Source: a virus (Duplodnaviria; Caudoviricetes). From it: a stretch of 24,066 bases of DNA. Where the stretch lies: IMG/VR virus record IMGVR_UViG_3300030095_005213, positions 1 to 24,066 of that record. One strand, 5' to 3'. This document shows positions 8,234 through 16,471 of the stretch, piece after piece (position 1 is the stretch's first letter; each line of letters begins with the position of its first letter). The notes below the pieces were generated by a model, which did no database searches, had not been told where the DNA came from, and saw only the letters and a list, made by a program, of their open reading frames with translations. The position numbers were made by a program, and so were the translations under genes.

Positions 8234-9360
8234 TGCACCATTTTATTTTTCCAAACAAAGACACTTGGATTTCAAGTGGTTCATCTACTGTAACAGGTGA
8301 ATCTTTTAAAGACCAAAACTTTGGAAGAGACCAAATACTTGAAGTCAAAAAAGAATTTTTTAATAATTCTTTTGACCATCAAACAAGAGCATTAGTTCAA
8401 TTTAGTGGAGATGAATTTACTGAATTATCTAAATCTATATCCGATGGGACAATTACATCTGATGCTAAATATTATTTAAGATTATTTGAAGCTGAAGGTA
8501 ATGCAGAAATGACTGAAGAATATACTTTAGATATTCAACCAATATCACAATCTTGGATTGAAGGTACAGGTAAATTTAGTGACGACCCAAAGAACACAAA
8601 TGGTTGCAGTTGGGAAAATCGTAATAATCCAATTGGTGGAACTGCTGTTACTTGGGATGCATCAGGTGTTGATGTGTTAAGTGTAAGTCAATCAAAACAA
8701 ATTTTCAATAATGAATCACCTGATGTTAATGTGGAAGTAACTGATATGGTGAATATGTGGTTAACAGGCCAATCTTCAAAAGGTAATCAAGGTATGTTAA
8801 TTAGATTTAGTGGAAGTCAAGAAACAGATTCAACAACATTTGGACATTTAAAATTCTTTTCAAGAAACACACATACAATTTTTTCACCAAGATTAGAAGT
8901 TCGTTGGGATGACCATGTACCTTGTACTGGTTCAAATACAGGTTCTTTAAATCAATTAGTGGTTAGTGGATTGGATGATAACTTTTTATTTATGAAAGGA
9001 TTGAGGGAAAGTTATAAAGTAGGTGAAAGAATAAAGTTTAGAGTTGGTGCTAGGAAAAGATATATTCAAAAATCATTTACCACATCAGTTCAAACCGTAA
9101 CTGGTTCATTCGTGCCTGAGGGTAGTGGTTCATATGCTATCAAAGACGTAGCAACTGATGAGTTCATCGTTCCATTTGAAGATTCTACAAATACGAGTTA
9201 TACACAACTTAGTTGTGATAGTAATTCAAATTATTTTATTCAATACTTAGATGGATTTTATCCTGATAGAGTTTATAAAATATTATATAAATTAAAATAT
9301 AACGATGGACAAGAACAGATATTTGATAATGATTTCGAATTTATAGTGAAAAGGAAATAG
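8233..9360 (+). CDS. Beta-rich virion structural protein with a DNRLRE/CBM96-like N-terminal domain and an Ig-like C-terminal domain
   Basis: KDTWI...QNFG.DQILEV...RALVQF...YLRLF...PISQSW.EG.G...VEVTDMV..W...NQGMLIR...F.SR....PRLEV follows the DNRLRE-type pattern. TAATG coupled to gp6. Confidence 0.6.
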   Translation: MHHFIFPNKDTWISSGSSTVTGESFKDQNFGRDQILEVKKEFFNNSFDHQTRALVQFSGDEFTELSKSISDGTITSDAKYYLRLFEAEGNAEMTEEYTLDIQPISQSWIEGTGKFSDDPKNTNGCSWENRNNPIGGTAVTWDASGVDVLSVSQSKQIFNNESPDVNVEVTDMVNMWLTGQSSKGNQGMLIRFSGSQETDSTTFGHLKFFSRNTHTIFSPRLEVRWDDHVPCTGSNTGSLNQLVVSGLDDNFLFMKGLRESYKVGERIKFRVGARKRYIQKSFTTSVQTVTGSFVPEGSGSYAIKDVATDEFIVPFEDSTNTSYTQLSCDSNSNYFIQYLDGFYPDRVYKILYKLKYNDGQEQIFDNDFEFIVKRK

Positions 9361-9363
9361 GTT

Positions 9364-11076
9364 ATGGGTAATGAAAATTTAGAACGATTATTAGATTTAA
9401 TCGCTGATGCTATAATACAAAGTGATATACCAGAACTTGTAGAAAAAATAAATGAATCTCAAAAATTTATCCGTAATGGTAAAATACAACAAGGGGCGGG
9501 TGAAGGTGTTTTAGCACTTTTTCAAAAAGATATTAAAGCTAATCAAGAAGATTTAATAAACTCACTCAATGTAAGTGTTGAAGGTGAAGATGTTCAACAA
9601 AATTTACAAGAAATAGCTGATAATATTAATTTTGATTTAATAGAAATCGAAGTAACTCCAAATGGAGCAATTTCCATAGTAGGTGGAGGACCTTCATATG
9701 ACGGACTATCATTAACAAATTTATTAACAGATTTATCAACTAATAATCCATTAAATGTTAGTCAATTCATTTCATTAACAAATCAACAATCAAATATTAA
9801 TATTGAACAAGCAGAAGAATTTTTAGATACAAATATTTTTGAGTTATTACCATCTGGTGATGCTAGACAGGCTAGAATTATTAGATTCTTTCAAGAATTA
9901 AATACACTACTTCCACCTCGTCCAGGTACAAGTGGTCAACCACCATTTGATTTTCCAGATGATGATGATAATATGGTTAATCGTGACGAAAATTTTAATT
10001 GGGTTTCTGCTAGTTTGTATGATAAAAATACAAGTATTTCATATGTACAAGATAATCAAGATGGAAACATTAATGAAGAAGAGGCATTTATTCATAGATT
10101 AAAATCAACGGCTAATGACACCAATTCATCAAGAACCATTGAGGATATTTACAATACAATTCTTCCTTATTTAACAGATATATTAGAGGATAAAATATCA
10201 CCACAAGATGATAGACCAATCTATGAAAATCAATCAAGTGGATATTTAAAATTTAGAAATTTGAATCAAGGTATAATAATTCGTAATACAAATAAAGAAT
10301 TTATTGAGGGTTTAGACCCAAATAATTTAACTTATTTAAATAGGTTAGATGAAAATGGAGATACAATACCTGGTACTGGTTTTACAATTACAATGTGGGT
10401 TAGATTTTTAGACAAAGTATCAGAGGGTACATTGTTTAATTTTGGTAATCCTATACTTGATGAAAATCCATTTGGATTTAAATTAGAAACTTATGTTTTA
10501 AATAAAAATGATGTTAATCCTGACACAGACCAACCTGATACATGGGGTGAAACCGTAAATCAAAATCAAGACTTAATAGATTCAGGTATTTTTCAAAATA
10601 GTAACTCCGCTAGATTTGTAAGATTATTAGTGAGGGAATATGGTAGTTACAATAATACAGTTTATGACCCTGGTCTTCGTACCTCTGCATTATGTGCCAC
10701 AGATATTAATAGAATGTCTTGGAATCCTGCAGATTTTGATTTAGATACAAGTGACTATAATCAACATGATGAAACCAGATTATTATTAAATACATTAATA
10801 CCTGAAGATTTTAACGAATGGTATTTCATATGTGCGTCATACAATCCATCAGTAATTGAACCAACTGACGCTAGTGATAACCAAGACCAATGGGATGCTT
10901 ATAGACAAATACCAGAGTATTGGTTAAATCACATTACACCAAATGTAAACAATGAAGATAATACTGCTATTACACCACATCAATATACAAACTTTTCTGG
11001 TTTTGGAAATAAATGTAAAGTAGAAATCATATCACGAAGTGACTTACTACGAGCTCGTGGTTTTAAAGTGGATTAA
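9364..11076 (+). CDS. Acidic structural protein with partial LamG/ConA-like motifs
   Basis: GFTITMWVRF, GTLFNFG and EWYFICASYNP resemble the N-terminal strands of LamG. AAGGA RBS at 9351-9355. D/N/E-rich. Confidence 0.6.
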   Translation: MGNENLERLLDLIADAIIQSDIPELVEKINESQKFIRNGKIQQGAGEGVLALFQKDIKANQEDLINSLNVSVEGEDVQQNLQEIADNINFDLIEIEVTPNGAISIVGGGPSYDGLSLTNLLTDLSTNNPLNVSQFISLTNQQSNINIEQAEEFLDTNIFELLPSGDARQARIIRFFQELNTLLPPRPGTSGQPPFDFPDDDDNMVNRDENFNWVSASLYDKNTSISYVQDNQDGNINEEEAFIHRLKSTANDTNSSRTIEDIYNTILPYLTDILEDKISPQDDRPIYENQSSGYLKFRNLNQGIIIRNTNKEFIEGLDPNNLTYLNRLDENGDTIPGTGFTITMWVRFLDKVSEGTLFNFGNPILDENPFGFKLETYVLNKNDVNPDTDQPDTWGETVNQNQDLIDSGIFQNSNSARFVRLLVREYGSYNNTVYDPGLRTSALCATDINRMSWNPADFDLDTSDYNQHDETRLLLNTLIPEDFNEWYFICASYNPSVIEPTDASDNQDQWDAYRQIPEYWLNHITPNVNNEDNTAITPHQYTNFSGFGNKCKVEIISRSDLLRARGFKVD

Positions 11077-11078
11077 AA

Positions 11079-14000
11079 ATGCCAGTTAGTTATCAAATAT
11101 TTTCATTGAATAAAATTGATGATGTTGGTTATTCTTCTGAAAACCCACAATTAACAACTTATGAATTACCAATAGTTATTTATGCAGAAGGAAAACCTCC
11201 ATTTGCAGGAAGTATAAATCAACAAGATGAATACGCTGAAGCTAAAATATATGCAACATTGGATTACACTTTTGCTAGATATGATAGTACAACTAATACT
11301 TTTGTTAATTTTATAGATGTTCCTGCAGTAGAGGAAGAATCAATAACAGATATTGAAGAACCATATATAACTTTAGAAAATCAAATTATGTTTGGTTCAA
11401 CTCAAGTTGAGTCTGCATTGGGACAAGGTGGTATTGACCCTTCTCAACAAAGATTTGAAGTTCCCACTAATTTAAATATAAATTCACCAGATGATATTTT
11501 ACAATATTTAGGATATAGTGCTGATGACAGACAAGGGATGGAATTAATAAATTGTAAAATTAAAAAATTATTTTGGCAAGGTCAATCTAATAAAGTAATG
11601 ATAAGAATACAAATTGGTGATGATAAATTTCCAACAATAGAAGATAAAAATTCAAATGAATTTCTTGAAAGTGTTTTTGGTCTTGACAATAATAGTAATG
11701 GTCCTTTTAATAATTTAAATGAATATCCTGAGGATTATGATGATGTTTTTAGAATAAAACCACAATATAATTTTAATACTAATGCTAATGTTTTACCAGT
11801 AAAAGTTAAAATGAAATTATCAATACAAAATTTAACTTTAAGAACTTTAAGTAATTCTTTTTTACAAGATACAGAGCAACAAGAAAATCAACAAACATCT
11901 ACGGAGGAGGAATTTGTAGACACTTCAGACCCAAGTTTGTTAGATTTTAATGAAGAACAAATATCATTAAATTTTGGTGTATTGAATGGTGAAATTCCTG
12001 AACAAACATTATTGAATCCAATTGACCCATATAGTGGTATGGAGATAAATTTAATAACAGATAATAATTTACCTATATTTCAAAACACTCAACAAGGTTT
12101 AATTGATTCCGACCAAGATGGTAGAATTGCACTTGGTATGTTTTCATTCATTGAAGAAAACATTTCAGAAAATAATTTTCCAGATATTTTATCCACACCA
12201 TTTAGTAAATATGTAAAAACAAATTTAGTAAAAAATGGTGATTGTAAATTTGTAAGACAAGTATTTGTAACTGGTAGTAATAATAACCCTTTAATTGTTG
12301 AACCAGATGGGGGATGGAGATTTTTATCTTTATTTGATAATGAATCATATACAAGTGATGATTCTGGTGGTTTAAATTATGAAAATTACTCTATCGATAA
12401 TTATCAAAACTTTCAACCTTATGGTGGCCGATATGCATATGTACCTTTAAACATTGACATACATGATGGAGGTCTTCAAATATATAAAAATTTAGACACC
12501 ATACCTGGATATGTGAGCCCTCTATTTTACTCTGGTGAATTTCCATATTATGATGGTCAAAATCAAAAAGCACGTAATCAAGATGATATAGATAATGCAC
12601 TTGATTATAATAATCTTAACACTCTAAGGTCACTTTATCAACCAAAATTTCAAATTAAAGGTATTAGTGATACTAATAATTCTATACAAGACTTTCCTCA
12701 TGTAGCACAATGGTCTATTACTGATGAGGCTTATTCACATAATAGGTGTTTACAATTCATTAATTTTCAAGTTTTTGATAATGATTATATATTAAATTAT
12801 TTAATCTTAGATGGAGTTACTAATACAACATATCCTTACGGATATGCAAAAGATTCTCAATATGTATTTAATTATCTTTTGGTTTCTGATTATCATATAA
12901 AAGGTGAAATCAAAGAGGTGTTAGATGTACTTGATAATCCCAATGCTGTTTATCCATTTAATCAATACCGTGTTTTAAATCAAGTTCAAAAAATTTATGA
13001 TAAATTTGATGACGAAAGAATAAATCCATATAGTTCTTTAAAAATAAGATTTAAAATGAAAACCACACATGTTTTACCACCAGGTAATTCAATTGATGAT
13101 GAAGAAGACGAAAATACATTTAAAGAAAATCCATTAGATGAAAGTTTAGGGTATGCACCTCAAGTTGAGATTGGTGTATTAAATTCACAATTTCATGAAA
13201 TACCTAAATCTGGTGTTAATGGGATTGGAAATACAGATGGCCAATATGACCACGATGGAAAAGATATATTTTTTGAATCACCAGGTGGTTTTAATTCTTT
13301 AAGATATACAAATACTTATGTTTTTGAAAACCAATCAAATTCAAGAGTTGGTGGTATGACAAGGTTTCAAAATTCTGTTATGAATGAATGGGAAACATTT
13401 GAATTTAATTACAATTTAACAGAACAAAATTTAAATCGTGGTTACATTTATGGTGTTCCATATGGGGGTATATTTAATGATGAACTTAATAATGGTCCTG
13501 TTGAAATTATGATAAATCATCAATATGATACAGGAGATAATGCACCTCAGGAGTCTATAGGTGATATATTTTTTAAAATGAATGGTTATCAAAATGAACC
13601 AGGTAACGGATTACAAAGTAGTTTAAATATGATACATCCTAAGACTGGGGAACAAGTAAATTGGTCAATTCAAACAATAACTGAAACGAATAACAACTAT
13701 ATGACAGTGAAAAGTGGAATGGGTATTGGTCCAGCGACTGGTGAAGAGTCTGGAGGTAATGGATTAAATTTAGAAGCTTATTTAATGTATGTTAGTGATG
13801 AACAAAGAGATGAAAATAATAATATTATATCTTCTGGATATATAGATGGTGCACTAAATAGTGATGATACTAAAAGAACAAATGTTACAGTAGCATGGTG
13901 GAATGGACAACAATGGTTTGTTGACCAAGGTGGAAGTGGGTATAATGCTCAAAACAAATTTACACCTGATAATAAAGCATTTATTTTAGGTAGATTATAT

Positions 14001-16469
14001 GGTGGTGTACTTGATGAGACTTTTAAAATTTTAAATATTGACCAATACATAAGTAATGAAACTCAATTCCCAACAGATGGTGTGGGTAATTTACATTTAT
14101 TTTTACAATCTGGAAATAACTTTCAAGGTAGGGTATTGATTGATGATATTGAATGTTATGAATCATATGAGTTCATACCAGAAGTTGATGTAAGAAAAAA
14201 AATATCTGTTGATAATTTTGGTAAAGCAGATTTAACAAAATACTATGACTCAATAATTCATGGACCAAATGGTACGAATGAATACAAAGATTCAACTGCT
14301 CCATTGGAGGCACAATTTTATTTTTATCCACAATATCCAACAAATGAAACATTTGTACAAAGAACACCAATTTATCAAGATTTTAAATTAGGTAGATTTT
14401 ATATTTATGATGTTGATTGGGGTGATGGTTCACCAAATGAATTTTTAACACCTGAACAAATTGATGAAAACACAGCATTATATCACACATATGAAACACA
14501 TGGTATTTTTGAAATCACTGGAATGATGTTAAGAATAAAAGTTGATGAAAATGATGAAATACAAGGTGTTATTTATAATAAAAAATTTAATTTAAGAATA
14601 AATATAAATGAAGGATTGGAAGAAGATTTTGAATATTTTGGAAGCAATGGGTATTCATTTTTACCATTTAAAAACACTACACCAATAATTGGAGGGATAT
14701 CAAAACAAAGTTCTTATTATAAAAAAATAAAAAGACAACTTGGATTTTTAAATAAAAAACAACAAACACCACAATATTTTATTGATAACCCTAATGAGTT
14801 TCCAGTGTATTTTCAAGAATTTGATTATGATGGTAATGGAACTCTGAATGAGGATGATGCACAAGAATTTGGATTAGCAGGAAGAATTGATATAGAGAAT
14901 TATATTATGTCTCTTGTAGATACAAATACTACAAATACGTTACCTAATGTAGAAGATGGAGAAAAAATAAATATAGATTTTAAAAATGATAGTGATAAAT
15001 TAAAAACAGAACTAGCTTTATTGAAAATGGATAAAAATGTTGAACAAAATTTAAATATTCTACCAAATTATTTATTGGAAAGATTTTTACCTTCAATCAC
15101 CACTACGGAAAGTCCACCAGAGGATTCATCTTTTTTAACAACATTACCTTTTCCAACAAATCTTGAGGAATTTGGATATTCAACAATTTTAGATGAAAAT
15201 GGTAATTCAAATTATATATATTTAAAAAATTATTGGGAAACCAATGGACGACCTGATATTGCAGGATTAATAGATATATTCGATGATGCTCCTCCAGTTT
15301 CAGGTTCAATAAACAACCAACCAAGTCCATATTCATATTATCAATTATCAGGTCCTTTATTAACTTACACTTATCCATCTTGGGTGATGGAATACGTTAA
15401 TCCTCCTTCTTTTTATGTAGATAGTGGACAAATATTAGAGCTTGAACAATTTGGTGTTCAGTATTTATCAGGTGATTTTACCATTCCTGAACCTAATCAA
15501 GATAGTACACCAAATCCAGTGGATTATTATCATAATAATCCGGTAACCACAACTATTGAAGGAGATAAGATTTACAATGGTATTACACCAATAAAAGAAG
15601 AATTAGGAAAAGGGATTGGTGATTGTGATTTAACCTGTATCAAGTATTATAATGAACCAAAATCAATTTGGGAAATGTTTGGATTTGAAGAGAATGATTT
15701 AAACATAATTGGTAAACCTGATGAACCAAGATATTGGAAAAATATTATTCCAAAAGACTTTTCTATATTTAATAGATTCGGAGTAAATATACCAGATATA
15801 AGTCGTGAAAGATTATCAAGTTTACCATTTCCACAATATTTTGAGGAGTTTAATATTAATAATGATATTAATATTGATGGTTTGGATGGAGCTGGTTGGG
15901 TATTACCTGATGGAGTGGGTTTAGGAGTTGGAGCATTTAGACCTGATATTGGAGCTTTAATTGGTAATGTTCTTGCAGGAAACGAACCAAGTACTGACTA
16001 TGATTATCCTTCTTATGTTTACGATTGGTCTAGTGTTTATGATATACCAGTTGGTAATGGTTTACAACAACCTATTGAAAACTTTTTTAATCCTACTAAT
16101 ATTAATATAGATATTTATTCAGAACAAAATTGGATAACTCCATCTAATTTAATAAATGATTATTACTATCCTGTATTACCAAGATACAATGCTGGTGGTA
16201 ATTTTATAGAAGGTGATTTTCCAAATAACAAAATACCATTTCCATTAGAGGCAACTATAACAAATGAAAATGAATCAAATGAAAATTTGATAATTAATAT
16301 AATAAATGATAAATTAGAATCAGATATATTACAAGATAAAAGCGGAAATGATAATTTAGGTTTTGGTATTAATGATTTTAGTCCTAAGTTTGATAATGAA
16401 ACACTAAGGGTTGAAAAATCTAAACCAAGAAGTATTTTTAGAACATCAAAAGAAAATGGAGCTTTTTAA
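11079..16469 (+). CDS. Giant acidic modular virion protein (CBM-like motifs, PKD-like domain, three EF-hand/dockerin-like repeats)
   Basis: 1796-aa uninterrupted ORF. NLVKNGD...WETFEF...LIDDIECYE (galactose-binding-like), VDWGDGS...HTYETHGIFEITG (PKD-like) and DYDGNGTLNEDD (EF-hand-like loop). Confidence 0.7.
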   Translation: MPVSYQIFSLNKIDDVGYSSENPQLTTYELPIVIYAEGKPPFAGSINQQDEYAEAKIYATLDYTFARYDSTTNTFVNFIDVPAVEEESITDIEEPYITLENQIMFGSTQVESALGQGGIDPSQQRFEVPTNLNINSPDDILQYLGYSADDRQGMELINCKIKKLFWQGQSNKVMIRIQIGDDKFPTIEDKNSNEFLESVFGLDNNSNGPFNNLNEYPEDYDDVFRIKPQYNFNTNANVLPVKVKMKLSIQNLTLRTLSNSFLQDTEQQENQQTSTEEEFVDTSDPSLLDFNEEQISLNFGVLNGEIPEQTLLNPIDPYSGMEINLITDNNLPIFQNTQQGLIDSDQDGRIALGMFSFIEENISENNFPDILSTPFSKYVKTNLVKNGDCKFVRQVFVTGSNNNPLIVEPDGGWRFLSLFDNESYTSDDSGGLNYENYSIDNYQNFQPYGGRYAYVPLNIDIHDGGLQIYKNLDTIPGYVSPLFYSGEFPYYDGQNQKARNQDDIDNALDYNNLNTLRSLYQPKFQIKGISDTNNSIQDFPHVAQWSITDEAYSHNRCLQFINFQVFDNDYILNYLILDGVTNTTYPYGYAKDSQYVFNYLLVSDYHIKGEIKEVLDVLDNPNAVYPFNQYRVLNQVQKIYDKFDDERINPYSSLKIRFKMKTTHVLPPGNSIDDEEDENTFKENPLDESLGYAPQVEIGVLNSQFHEIPKSGVNGIGNTDGQYDHDGKDIFFESPGGFNSLRYTNTYVFENQSNSRVGGMTRFQNSVMNEWETFEFNYNLTEQNLNRGYIYGVPYGGIFNDELNNGPVEIMINHQYDTGDNAPQESIGDIFFKMNGYQNEPGNGLQSSLNMIHPKTGEQVNWSIQTITETNNNYMTVKSGMGIGPATGEESGGNGLNLEAYLMYVSDEQRDENNNIISSGYIDGALNSDDTKRTNVTVAWWNGQQWFVDQGGSGYNAQNKFTPDNKAFILGRLYGGVLDETFKILNIDQYISNETQFPTDGVGNLHLFLQSGNNFQGRVLIDDIECYESYEFIPEVDVRKKISVDNFGKADLTKYYDSIIHGPNGTNEYKDSTAPLEAQFYFYPQYPTNETFVQRTPIYQDFKLGRFYIYDVDWGDGSPNEFLTPEQIDENTALYHTYETHGIFEITGMMLRIKVDENDEIQGVIYNKKFNLRININEGLEEDFEYFGSNGYSFLPFKNTTPIIGGISKQSSYYKKIKRQLGFLNKKQQTPQYFIDNPNEFPVYFQEFDYDGNGTLNEDDAQEFGLAGRIDIENYIMSLVDTNTTNTLPNVEDGEKINIDFKNDSDKLKTELALLKMDKNVEQNLNILPNYLLERFLPSITTTESPPEDSSFLTTLPFPTNLEEFGYSTILDENGNSNYIYLKNYWETNGRPDIAGLIDIFDDAPPVSGSINNQPSPYSYYQLSGPLLTYTYPSWVMEYVNPPSFYVDSGQILELEQFGVQYLSGDFTIPEPNQDSTPNPVDYYHNNPVTTTIEGDKIYNGITPIKEELGKGIGDCDLTCIKYYNEPKSIWEMFGFEENDLNIIGKPDEPRYWKNIIPKDFSIFNRFGVNIPDISRERLSSLPFPQYFEEFNINNDINIDGLDGAGWVLPDGVGLGVGAFRPDIGALIGNVLAGNEPSTDYDYPSYVYDWSSVYDIPVGNGLQQPIENFFNPTNINIDIYSEQNWITPSNLINDYYYPVLPRYNAGGNFIEGDFPNNKIPFPLEATITNENESNENLIINIINDKLESDILQDKSGNDNLGFGINDFSPKFDNETLRVEKSKPRSIFRTSKENGAF
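14799..16028 (+). repeat. Three dispersed protein-level repeats (L)PFPxYFEEF...(G)RPDI within the 1796-aa protein
   Basis: Copies start at 14799 (FPVYFQEFD...GRIDIENYI), 15144 (LPFPTNLEEFG...GRPDIAGLI...YTYPSWV) and 15822 (LPFPQYFEEFN...FRPDIGALI...YDYPSYV). Confidence 0.8.
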
Positions 16470-16471
16470 TA

